Source: a virus
Lineage: Duplodnaviria; Caudoviricetes
IMG/VR virus record: IMGVR_UViG_3300011398_000007
Span: 1 to 50,376 of that record
Strand: one strand, 5' to 3'
Length of the DNA stretch: 50,376 bases
The position numbers and the translations under genes are program-made. Each line of letters starts with the position of its first letter. The first letter of the stretch is position 1. Below, piece after piece: positions 28,898 to 37,693 of the stretch. The notes under the pieces are model-generated. The model saw only the letters and a program-made list of their open reading frames with translations. It ran no database searches and had not been told where the DNA came from.

Positions 28898-30067
28898 CTA
28901 GAATATTTTATTGTATGAGTAATCATCTTCAATGAAAATTATACCCTTAGATTCAGAGAACATCTCTTCTATAGAGAAGTGCTTATCTTGCCACAGCTTG
29001 AATAAGTCTAAAGCCTGTGTCCATCCCATCCTATACTTACCATCTCCAAATCTACCTATCCTTTCAGCAGCAGTAGTAAGTATGAATATCAGAGGTGTAA
29101 CAGGTCTTACTGTAGACTCTACTATCATAGCATAGTCAGCAAACTCATAACCAGATATGTCCTTACCTATCAAATCTGATAATTCACCTAAGCATTTCCT
29201 TACAGCATTAATATACCATGACCCCTGGAAATCATACCTTCTATCCCGGATTTGCCTATTAAACTTCAAGATAGAATAACCTGTGGACTTAACATCAATA
29301 ACAAATACCTTTCTCCTGTTATGATCTATCCTTAACAAGTCTATCAAAGCCTTACACCATACTGCTGCCTCATTAAAGTAACAGGGAAACTGATACACTA
29401 AGTCTATTCCTTCCTGCTCTTTAAATACCCAAGCACTATATGGATGCTCTAACAGGGAGCTTGCAGTACCATGTTTAATCCTATTACCATCTCCATCTAC
29501 TACACCTATTATCTTAGATACCTCATCATCAGACAAAACTTGCTTACCTCTGGCAGCTATTAATTCTCTCCAATACTTCTCTGGTAAACTATTCTTACAC
29601 ATAGTAGCAAATCTGGTATCATCAGCTTCTGTAGCATCCTTCTTCTTAGACCAGTGCCTATTCATATAATACTGATGATTGTCCATAGCCTCTAGCCCCT
29701 GAACAGGATATAGGGCTAGAGGTCTATAAACATCTGGATTCTCTCCCTCTACTACCATCCCAGCAGTAACCAAATCAAATACCTGCTTGATGATACTCAT
29801 CTCTACAGGTGTAGGTTTCTTAGGCATCTTACTTATCAGATACTCCTCATTGAATAACTCCTGTCCAAAGGTGATAATAGTATCTACAGCATGACCTACT
29901 ACAAAATGCTCCTTCTCATCGTAATACTTATCTGATCTGATTAGGTCATCTTTCTTATCTATGAATGCCTCTATGCCATCTTCAGCAAGAACCTTCAGTA
30001 ATGACTGATTAAGATATGGGCAATCTTCATACTCTTTTACCTTTTCTCTTGTGTTCCTGTAAATCAT
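28898..30067 (-). CDS. PD-(D/E)xK exonuclease (RecE/ExoVIII-like)
   Basis: NQSLLK...GHAVD...CKALIDLL...VIDVKST...YDFQGSWY. Confidence 0.75.
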   Translation of the reverse strand: MIYRNTREKVKEYEDCPYLNQSLLKVLAEDGIEAFIDKKDDLIRSDKYYDEKEHFVVGHAVDTIITFGQELFNEEYLISKMPKKPTPVEMSIIKQVFDLVTAGMVVEGENPDVYRPLALYPVQGLEAMDNHQYYMNRHWSKKKDATEADDTRFATMCKNSLPEKYWRELIAARGKQVLSDDEVSKIIGVVDGDGNRIKHGTASSLLEHPYSAWVFKEQEGIDLVYQFPCYFNEAAVWCKALIDLLRIDHNRRKVFVIDVKSTGYSILKFNRQIRDRRYDFQGSWYINAVRKCLGELSDLIGKDISGYEFADYAMIVESTVRPVTPLIFILTTAAERIGRFGDGKYRMGWTQALDLFKLWQDKHFSIEEMFSESKGIIFIEDDYSYNKIF

Positions 30068-30085
30068 AAATTTGTATTTTAAAAA

Positions 30086-30766
30086 TTAAACAATAGTTCT
30101 GTCTAGAATTTCTTCCTGTACAATAGTGTTCATCTCTTCCTGTAAGTGAAGCATCATACCATCTAGTCTGGTAAACTGTGGTAGTTCTATCTTAGAAGCA
30201 AATGTCAAATCAAGCATCCTACTAGTATATAATACATCTATCTCACCAGATACTATGTTCAAGTAGCTTCTCTTTATGTTCCTATACAGGTCATTGTGCT
30301 CTATGATAAACTTCAAATCAACTAGTATGGTAAACTGTCTTACATCTGGATTACTCCAATCTACATTATGGAACTCTGCTGTCTTCACACAAGTCATCAT
30401 CAATGGTACTATCTCATACATATGTGGTAGATACCTGTATATCATGTTAGCAGTAACATAGTAGTTCTTATCCTCATAGTCTCCTCTTACCATCTTCATA
30501 GCCCAGTTGTTATTATGACCATACAGAGTATCACAGAATAAAGCTATCTTATTAGTCTGGTGGATATAGTTAAGGTCTGCCACATGACCTATGTGATACA
30601 TATCTGTCCTACTTATATTACTGATAGTACTTAAACCAGTTATAGGAATGTACTCACTATCTCCTACTCTACCAGCTAGCTGTGGTATCATACTAAGTCT
30701 CGGTATCCTTATTATTGATGGTGTCATTGTCTCCCTCCTTTCTGGTAGTGGTTGTAATTGTCTCAT
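30086..30766 (-). CDS. Hypothetical protein overlapping the E1 gene
   Basis: 226-aa ORF with no recognised motif. Confidence 0.65.
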   Translation of the reverse strand: MRQLQPLPERRETMTPSIIRIPRLSMIPQLAGRVGDSEYIPITGLSTISNISRTDMYHIGHVADLNYIHQTNKIALFCDTLYGHNNNWAMKMVRGDYEDKNYYVTANMIYRYLPHMYEIVPLMMTCVKTAEFHNVDWSNPDVRQFTILVDLKFIIEHNDLYRNIKRSYLNIVSGEIDVLYTSRMLDLTFASKIELPQFTRLDGMMLHLQEEMNTIVQEEILDRTIV

Positions 30767-31448
30767 AGTATTCCTCCTCTGTTACTAAATTAATTGGTAT
30801 GATATATTCCCATGAAAATGGTACTGTCCTATCCATATCCCCATTAGTTATATTAGTTATGTGATTAGTTAGAAAGGCTACTATATGAGAAGCTATCATT
30901 ACTGCTGAATGAGTAGTTTGTTTCATAGTGCATGGAGCTTCCTCTATTTCACTATCATCAAACAACAATTTAGCATAGTTCTCTATATCCAGATGATTAT
31001 TTTTTACACAATATATCCACATCTGTTCAGCATTTAGCCTACCATCTATGAATAGACTATTCTCTGTGTTACCTCTGCACCAACTTTCAAACATATCCCT
31101 TCTTGCCTTCATGTTATCAAATGCAGTAATTACAAAATCATGAGTAACGGTCTTCTCATCTACCTTCTCATTAGCTATAGTAATAATATCTCCTGTAAGG
31201 TTGAGTATATTGTTCCTTAGTGCTTCTACCTTTGGCTTACCTGTATCCTGTACACTATAAAATTGACCACCTATGTTAATCTCTTCTACAGTATCGTGGT
31301 CATATACCATAACTCTAAATCCTGCTCTGGCTAACAGGAATGCTACCCAGCTACCTATACCACCAGCCCCTCCTAAGAGGATGGTGGTAGAGAGTGCCAG
31401 AGGATACCAAGGGGCATCCTTAAATCTCTCATGATGTTGTTTGCTCAT
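30693..31448 (-). CDS. E1-like ThiF/MoeB family adenylyltransferase
   Basis: GAGGIGS, DHDTVEEINIGGQ, K.K, FDNMKAR and DGR motifs, with a candidate catalytic Cys in APCT (30930-30932). Start re-assigned to MSKQHH. Confidence 0.88.
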   Translation of the reverse strand: MSKQHHERFKDAPWYPLALSTTILLGGAGGIGSWVAFLLARAGFRVMVYDHDTVEEINIGGQFYSVQDTGKPKVEALRNNILNLTGDIITIANEKVDEKTVTHDFVITAFDNMKARRDMFESWCRGNTENSLFIDGRLNAEQMWIYCVKNNHLDIENYAKLLFDDSEIEEAPCTMKQTTHSAVMIASHIVAFLTNHITNITNGDMDRTVPFSWEYIIPINLVTEEEYYETITTTTRKEGDNDTINNKDTET

Positions 31449-32616
31449 GCTTGTCTGATTTTTTTGGATTAGTAAATTCAATATACATCTTAGTGAAAGT
31501 ACTGGCTAAGTTCTTGCCAAATGTGTACTGTGTATGGAAGTGTGTATTCTTAGGTGTAAGCTTAGCTAGATAGGACAAAGCAAAGGTAAAGATCTCTCTT
31601 ATGTGTTCATCCTTGCTCTGCATCTGACTAAAACCTGGCTTGAAGAACTCATCATAATACTCATAGAAGTTAAATCTCATACCATCTATTATAGTATCTG
31701 CATTGATGTTAGACTGCTCTATATCATCCAGCACATCTTTTAGATTGTCATTGATTACCTCATAGCCTAACCTTAAAGCATAACATAAGAACAGTTCATC
31801 CTGTGTCACCTTCTCCTTTGGTGGTACTATGGTATTGTTCCCATTATTCCATTTCCAAGTTGGTGTATCTACAGGCTCTTTCTTAGTCTTATCATAGTCT
31901 GGATATGGTATCTGATTAGGCATCCCCGGAGCTACATAAGGATTTGCCTTAGCTTTCTCCTTTGCCCTCTTCTGGAACTCCTCTTCTACCTGTAGATACC
32001 TTTCTTTGAAGCCATTATCAATAATTAACTTATTCCCTTCCTTCATTATCCTACACTCATACCAGAACATTGTCTGGTCTGCTTCCTCTAGTATCAGATC
32101 ATATCCTTTACCAGTAAAGTCCTTACAAGGAAACCTAGTGACACTACCTACAAATGCTACCCTAGCCATCATCTCCATGAAGTTATTGACTATCAAGGAT
32201 AGATAGACATTGTGTAATGGAGAGTTATCATTTAGCTCACTTACATCAGTACCAGAGAAGAACACATCCATAGTATTATGACTATGTATATGTCCCCACT
32301 TCCAATTCTCTGCATCTTCATGCTCCATCATATAGGTGACTAGCTCTTGTCCCCAATCAAATGTAGTTCCACCCTGAGTTCCAATATCCATCAGGAGTAT
32401 ATCCATGACTACTAACTTCAAGTTAGTAATATCTTTCATTGTACCTTTAACTGCATACAATAATATACCTGACCACTCCAGCCTAGGTTGTAACTGGCAC
32501 AAATATAGAATCTTCTCTTGTATTTTCTTCGACAGTATTACCTGTATCTTGCCTTCTAACTGTACCTTTCTTAATGATGGCATAGTTGGCGATTTTTTCA
32601 AGTCTGTATTTGACAT
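31429..32616 (-). CDS. JAB/MPN+ (JAMM) metallopeptidase with a long C-terminal extension
   Basis: EWSG...HIHSHNTMDVFFSGTD fits the E...HxH-x7-S-x2-D pattern. Confidence 0.88.
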   Translation of the reverse strand: MSNTDLKKSPTMPSLRKVQLEGKIQVILSKKIQEKILYLCQLQPRLEWSGILLYAVKGTMKDITNLKLVVMDILLMDIGTQGGTTFDWGQELVTYMMEHEDAENWKWGHIHSHNTMDVFFSGTDVSELNDNSPLHNVYLSLIVNNFMEMMARVAFVGSVTRFPCKDFTGKGYDLILEEADQTMFWYECRIMKEGNKLIIDNGFKERYLQVEEEFQKRAKEKAKANPYVAPGMPNQIPYPDYDKTKKEPVDTPTWKWNNGNNTIVPPKEKVTQDELFLCYALRLGYEVINDNLKDVLDDIEQSNINADTIIDGMRFNFYEYYDEFFKPGFSQMQSKDEHIREIFTFALSYLAKLTPKNTHFHTQYTFGKNLASTFTKMYIEFTNPKKSDKHEQTTS

Positions 32617-33799
32617 AATTGCTTAATTTAGGATTAATGTATCTTGTACACTCAAAATCTTCTGACATTTCATTATATACTTTATATGGTATCTTCTTAC
32701 CTTTGAAGGTAAAGGACAAGTGCTCTAAGCTATCTTCTGCTATCCTAGGAAAATCCCTCTTGATAAAGTACGTTCCTGTGGCATCTTTACAGTACTTAGC
32801 TTCAAATGGAAATATATTTACTAGCCAAGCCTGAAAGTCCTCATCATCTTCTATGTAATATTTACTATCCCAGAAGCCCCAGTTGCACCTCACATCATAA
32901 GAGTTCCTTATTCTCCTTAGTAATTCATTATGTAAGTCTACCATAGTAAGATCTGATATAGATTCCATAGTATGGTCCATATTCACTAGCTTACTCATAC
33001 TGATATATGGTGTACCTTCAGTAGATTCCCATCTTACAAAGCTATCTATCATCCAGCAGAAAGCTTCAAACTTATCTATATCCTGCTCATCATTAAAGAT
33101 AGCTCTAATAGAGCTTGTATCTCCAGTACCTAAGCAGAAGTTCTCCCATTTAGTAAGGTCATTGTCATTAGGTCTATACATTCCAGGTACTACTGCTAGA
33201 GTAGATAAATGACTATGCACATAACCACACTTTAGTTCCTTATTAGAATAAGTAGTTCTCATTCCTTTAATATCACCTATAGATATGTCATAGCCACCAC
33301 CATCTTCTTGTATCTTTGTCTTAAACCTAACAAATAAGTCCTTTATTATGTGTGCAAGTCCAGCAGTATTAGTAATCTCAATTTCTGGAAAGTGGATAAC
33401 AAATGTGGTATCTGTTGGAGTAACTACTAGCCCTTCTACTATCTGTATAGTATCACGATACTCAGGATACAGAAACTTACTCTTCTTGTCTCTGGTGTGT
33501 GCATACTCTTCATCTGTATAGAATAGGTCAAGTATGCTTACATTTGTATCTACAGGGAAATACTTTGTTCTATGTGTAACTGTCCTTTCTCCTATATGAA
33601 TATTATACCCTATACCTATCCTATTAGGAAATATACTTTCAAGTACCTTATACATCTCTTTCATCCTATCAACTAAAGTAGCAGAATACCTCTCTCTTAT
33701 GAGCAGATATAGCAACCTCATCTTACTCTCTATTGTCCTAGTATCTAGTTCTCCCTTAATCCTAGCTATTTGTTCTCTATAATCTTGTAATGTTTTCAT
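32483..33799 (-). CDS. Prokaryotic E2-like (UBC fold) conjugating enzyme candidate
   Basis: FPE...YVHSHL...FCLG (Cys at 33134-33136) resembles the E2 HPN...CL signature. The gene lies between the Ubl and JAB genes. Confidence 0.6.
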   Translation of the reverse strand: MKTLQDYREQIARIKGELDTRTIESKMRLLYLLIRERYSATLVDRMKEMYKVLESIFPNRIGIGYNIHIGERTVTHRTKYFPVDTNVSILDLFYTDEEYAHTRDKKSKFLYPEYRDTIQIVEGLVVTPTDTTFVIHFPEIEITNTAGLAHIIKDLFVRFKTKIQEDGGGYDISIGDIKGMRTTYSNKELKCGYVHSHLSTLAVVPGMYRPNDNDLTKWENFCLGTGDTSSIRAIFNDEQDIDKFEAFCWMIDSFVRWESTEGTPYISMSKLVNMDHTMESISDLTMVDLHNELLRRIRNSYDVRCNWGFWDSKYYIEDDEDFQAWLVNIFPFEAKYCKDATGTYFIKRDFPRIAEDSLEHLSFTFKGKKIPYKVYNEMSEDFECTRYINPKLSNYVKYRLEKIANYAIIKKGTVRRQDTGNTVEENTREDSIFVPVTT

Positions 33800-33821
33800 C
33801 TTATTATGGCTTTGATTGTTT

Positions 33822-33862
33822 AAAAAAATAAGTAGCTACTATCACTAGCAACTACTTATTTA
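33822..33862 (-). terminator. Intrinsic terminator between the Ubl and E2 genes
   Basis: Minus strand AAUAAGUAGUUGCUA-guga-UAGUAGCUACUUAUU followed by a U tract. Confidence 0.7.
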
Positions 33863-33879
33863 CTAGGAAGATTAGATGG

Positions 33880-34437
33880 TTAGATGCGTACATCCCTTAA
33901 CCCTTTAGCTAAGTCTGCAATTTCCCTACGGAGTTCATCTCTGGTTTGCTCTTTCTCTGGTACAGGTTCAGGGATAGCTTCAACAACAGTAGCAATAACA
34001 GCTATCTCAATAGGTACTTCTTCTGCCTTAGCTTTCTTAGATTTCTTAGCAGCAGCAGGCTTTGCTTCTTTCTTAGGTAGTTTCTCAACTGCCTTTTTAA
34101 CCTTAGCTACTACCTTTGCAGTAGTAGCTTTCTTTTCAGCCTTAGTAGGAGCTTTCTTAATAGGCTTAGCAGCTTTAGCTCCAGATTTAGACTTAACCGG
34201 CATAAGGTAGAGCTTAAAGTCCCCTACAGGCAGGATAGCATCATCATGCTCCAAAGTACCTTTCTTAACTCCTTCAAGAGCCTTCATGTTGCTAAGGCTG
34301 TAACCATTCTGTGAAAGCACATTCCTAAGATGGCTCCAAACTGTAACATCAGTTGTAATGGTCTTCTTTTCACCAACTGATGTGATGACTGTAATCTTCC
34401 TTTCTACCATTGGTAGTGTGATTTGGTTTTCTGACAT
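33880..34437 (-). CDS. Ubiquitin-like (beta-grasp) domain ending KSKSG, fused to a Lys/Ala-rich tail
   Basis: Beta-beta-alpha...beta pattern (KITVIT, KTITT, WSHLRNVL, FKLYLMP) ending at Gly86. The gene context is E2-JAB-E1. Confidence 0.62.
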   Translation of the reverse strand: MSENQITLPMVERKITVITSVGEKKTITTDVTVWSHLRNVLSQNGYSLSNMKALEGVKKGTLEHDDAILPVGDFKLYLMPVKSKSGAKAAKPIKKAPTKAEKKATTAKVVAKVKKAVEKLPKKEAKPAAAKKSKKAKAEEVPIEIAVIATVVEAIPEPVPEKEQTRDELRREIADLAKGLRDVRI

Positions 34438-34455
34438 GATTGTGTGGTTTTTAAT

Positions 34456-35178
34456 TTACCAATTAATAATTGTTTCTTTCTTGTACTTCAGTATCTCGTT
34501 AGTTAGACTGAAGTGGTTACACCCTCTGAACTTATAATGACTATCTGGATGACTATCTGCTGCTGGATGATTAGCTTCTAACACATAGTTATAGTCATCA
34601 CCCATGTACTTATTGTTCCATCCATAATAGTTATGTATAAATCCTTTGAAGGCTTTAGCTTTTGCCCCCCATAGTAACCATACAGGTTTCTTGTCACTGT
34701 GCAATGATATGGTCTTCATAATTTCTCTAGTGAACCATGACCAATATCCTAGATGAGTAGCTGACTCTCCTACCTTTACAGTAAGTGCTGAATTTAAAAG
34801 GAAGATACCTTGTTGTCTCCAATGTTTAAGTTCCTTCCATTCTGGACTATCTATACTAACAGATGCTAGCCTCTCTACTCTTGTATCTACTATCTCCTCT
34901 TTAATAGTCCTTAATGTAGGTGTAGTCTTAGTTGTAGGTGGTATAGCAAAGGCATATCCTATAGCTTCTCCCTTATTGATATATGGGTCCTGCCCTAAGA
35001 TTACTACCTTTATAGCCTGTAATGGCATCTTAAAGACATTGAACATATCCTCTGGCTTAGGGTAGAACCTTGTCTTCATTAGTATGTCATACTTTAGCAT
35101 CTTCATCTTTGGGTCATCAAACAGCTTCTGTAGGTAGGGATGCCAACTTTCATGTATCTTATCTGGTATCTGTTCCAT
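34456..35178 (-). CDS. ung: Uracil-DNA glycosylase, family 1
   Basis: VVILGQDPY, QGIFLLNSALTV, LWG and HPAA motifs. Confidence 0.93.
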   Translation of the reverse strand: MEQIPDKIHESWHPYLQKLFDDPKMKMLKYDILMKTRFYPKPEDMFNVFKMPLQAIKVVILGQDPYINKGEAIGYAFAIPPTTKTTPTLRTIKEEIVDTRVERLASVSIDSPEWKELKHWRQQGIFLLNSALTVKVGESATHLGYWSWFTREIMKTISLHSDKKPVWLLWGAKAKAFKGFIHNYYGWNNKYMGDDYNYVLEANHPAADSHPDSHYKFRGCNHFSLTNEILKYKKETIINW

Positions 35179-35380
35179 GTGGTACCCTCCTTATTACGTT
35201 TTTCATGTCACTTTTTTCAAGGCTTTCTTCCCTTAGATCAACTAGCCACTTCTCCCCATTTTTAGTATTAATTATAGAGAAGATTGCATCAAACTTTTTA
35301 ATCCTATTTAATGCCTCTATTGCAGCCTCTTCTGGAGTGTTAGTAGATAGTACACACTCCCATATTACTATATAACTCAT
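35159..35380 (-). CDS. Hypothetical protein
   Basis: 73-aa ORF in the operon. Confidence 0.55.
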   Translation of the reverse strand: MSYIVIWECVLSTNTPEEAAIEALNRIKKFDAIFSIINTKNGEKWLVDLREESLEKSDMKNVIRRVPHGTDTR

Positions 35381-35390
35381 AATTTCTCCT

Positions 35391-35579
35391 TTATAGTTTA
35401 TCTATTACTCCTCTATATAGTTCACCATGCAGCTTTACATAGACTTCTATTTGCTGACCCATCCTAATAGCCCCATAGTCAATTACTATCTCAAGGTCTG
35501 TCTCATAGGCTTCCTTACTTATTGTAGTAGACATTGCCTTATTACCCTCATTAGTACTTACTGCTATAACTATCTTCAT
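35391..35579 (-). CDS. Hypothetical protein
   Basis: 62-aa ORF with an ATGA overlap on the primase stop. Confidence 0.55.
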   Translation of the reverse strand: MKIVIAVSTNEGNKAMSTTISKEAYETDLEIVIDYGAIRMGQQIEVYVKLHGELYRGVIDKL

Positions 35580-36631
35580 AATATTTGATTTAAAATTTTA
35601 CTAAACTCTTGTCTCCCTTCCTTATGTACATACATTCCTGGGTCTTTCAGGTAGTATCCATACCTATTATATATTACTTGACTCCTAGGTATAAAGACCA
35701 TCCTACAACAATTACTTCTTATACCATTAAACACCTTTTGAAGCTTCCTAGCAGCTCTCACACCTGCTAGGTCACTATCATAGAAGATTGTTATAACATC
35801 AAACCTCTTTGTCAAACTCTCAAGTGTAAGCATATCTGGAATACACCCTTCATTTTGAAACCACACTACATTGTCCCTGTACCTTAGTTTTGAAGCTCTA
35901 GACATATTTCTCAATACTCTATGGTCTTTGTATCCACTAGCTATCACTACTTCTTCTCCTTCTAGTGGTAAGCTATCAAAGTTACCTACACGGTCTTCAT
36001 CACAGTTACTTAGCCACTTATACTGTGAGTTATATGGTTGGTATATCTTTACTGAACCAATAAGGTCTATAGCATAGCATAGAGATACTGGACTAAATGT
36101 AGTACTCTTCTTTTTCCTTGTATTCTTAATAGTTACTCTATCAGTAGGAAATACGTTGTCCTCTAGCAAGTCTTCTTCTGTTATAAGAAACTGATTCCAG
36201 AACTTCCTATCTCTCCTTGAGAACATAACTTTTCTGTAAGTAATAATTACCGGATTGGTGGGAGCTTCAAAACTAAGGAGAGGGGATGTGGTTGGTGCTA
36301 CAGCTTCATAGTCTGTCTTGTTACCTGATAGCCTAAACTCCTTTACCAACATATTAATAGCCCCAGTAAGAGTAACCTTATGTTTATCCATGAGCATCGA
36401 AAAACAAGTCCTGTGTGTCTTGAATGGGTCATTAAAGTCTACAAAGAGTATAGTTCCATCCTGTCTTTGTTCAAATCTGCAACCTGGCTTAGTATCTATT
36501 CTTAGTGGGGAAATGTATCTATCAGTGAAGCTAAATGGCAAGCCTAAAATGAACTCAAAGATTTGCTCTTGAGTTACCTTCTGTAGTAGTTGTTCGGGAG
36601 ATATATCTACATGGTCTTCGTATTGGTACAT
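35576..36631 (-). CDS. DNA primase (TOPRIM, crAss-like)
   Basis: SPLR.D.KP...DF N-terminus, then SGYKD, NEG and YDSDLAG TOPRIM motifs. Start re-assigned to MYQYED. Confidence 0.8.
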   Translation of the reverse strand: MYQYEDHVDISPEQLLQKVTQEQIFEFILGLPFSFTDRYISPLRIDTKPGCRFEQRQDGTILFVDFNDPFKTHRTCFSMLMDKHKVTLTGAINMLVKEFRLSGNKTDYEAVAPTTSPLLSFEAPTNPVIITYRKVMFSRRDRKFWNQFLITEEDLLEDNVFPTDRVTIKNTRKKKSTTFSPVSLCYAIDLIGSVKIYQPYNSQYKWLSNCDEDRVGNFDSLPLEGEEVVIASGYKDHRVLRNMSRASKLRYRDNVVWFQNEGCIPDMLTLESLTKRFDVITIFYDSDLAGVRAARKLQKVFNGIRSNCCRMVFIPRSQVIYNRYGYYLKDPGMYVHKEGRQEFSKILNQIL

Positions 36632-36645
36632 AGGTAAATAGTTTA

Positions 36646-36787
36646 AAAGGGTTACAGTCATACCCGCCTCCTTGGTATGCAAATCAGATGTAACAGGTAA
36701 TACTAGTATTAGATAGCTATGGATTTATAGATATGACCTAGCTAAGTTACTTAGTCTCCTGAATGGCCTTTGAACCTGTAACCCTTT
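36646..36787 (-). ncRNA. Candidate structured RNA in the ssb-primase intergenic region
   Basis: Perfect 12-bp closing stem aaagggttacag/ctgtaacccttt with nested stems. Confidence 0.45.
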
Positions 36788-36793
36788 ACTAGA

Positions 36794-37594
36794 CTACCAT
36801 GCAGCCGGAGTAGTAGATGGAGCATTCATAGGGGCAGCTTCTGTAGCAGCACTTGGAGCTTCACCAACATTAGATGATTGACCAGTGTCATCAACACCAT
36901 CAATACCATCTGTCCTTTGATTAGCAAAGTGACTACCCATAAACCAACCATTCCTAATGAATAAGTGCTCCTGTCCTTCCTCATTAACATACCACATAGC
37001 CTTCCTAGTATTGTCATCTATGTTTTCAGCCCTCTGCTCCTTCCATTTACCTGGTTGAGCAGGACATAAGAACTTCCCATAAGACATCTTCTTAGGTATC
37101 TCAAGGAATGTCCTCTTCTGATTCTTAGAAGGCTGCCATTGATACTGAAGGAATATATCAAGTGCCTTAGTTTCATAGCCCTGTGGCAATAACCTCTGCA
37201 CTATATTACAGAACTCCTTGAAGCTAGGAATAGGTCTTGCAAGAGCAGTCATCAAGGTTTCCTTACTAATAAAGCAGTGCATGATATGTGTTACTCTTGA
37301 GTTAAAGTCCAACTGTGCATCCTTGAACTCCTTAGCATTTGGGTCTGTAACTGCATTGTTGTTCTTATCAAAACCCTGCTTAACTGGGAACATCCTGTAG
37401 CCTTTCTCTACATCATTGATTTTGAACTTGATTTCCAGAGCTTCACCTTCAGCTCCATCTGCACCCCCATTGGGTATCCATTCAAGCTTCACTAAGAAGC
37501 ATTTACCAAAGTTAGCTCCAAAGCTAAATGGGCTAACTTTCACTTCATCGCTGGCATAGCCATAGCCAACATTAACATCATGATTTTCTGCCAT
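36794..37594 (-). CDS. Putative single-stranded DNA-binding protein
   Basis: Located between the AAA ATPase and primase. It has an aromatic-rich core and a disordered acidic tail ending in W. Confidence 0.5.
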   Translation of the reverse strand: MAENHDVNVGYGYASDEVKVSPFSFGANFGKCFLVKLEWIPNGGADGAEGEALEIKFKINDVEKGYRMFPVKQGFDKNNNAVTDPNAKEFKDAQLDFNSRVTHIMHCFISKETLMTALARPIPSFKEFCNIVQRLLPQGYETKALDIFLQYQWQPSKNQKRTFLEIPKKMSYGKFLCPAQPGKWKEQRAENIDDNTRKAMWYVNEEGQEHLFIRNGWFMGSHFANQRTDGIDGVDDTGQSSNVGEAPSAATEAAPMNAPSTTPAAW

Positions 37595-37629
37595 AAAATT
37601 TAATTTAATTTTTAACCTGTAATTTAATG

Positions 37630-37673
37630 AAAAGAAAAGGGTAATAGACTATCTCGTATTATCTATTACCCTT
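37630..37673 (-). terminator. Intrinsic terminator
   Basis: 12-bp stem aagggtaataga/tctattaccctt with a U-rich tail on the minus strand. Confidence 0.7.
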
Positions 37674-37693
37674 ATTCTTATGTAACAACTTAA

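Noticed and set aside
30693-31448. ThiF as a thiamine/molybdopterin biosynthesis or microcin-maturation enzyme
   Set aside because: There are no pathway genes or precursor peptide nearby, and the neighbours are JAB, E2-like and Ubl genes.
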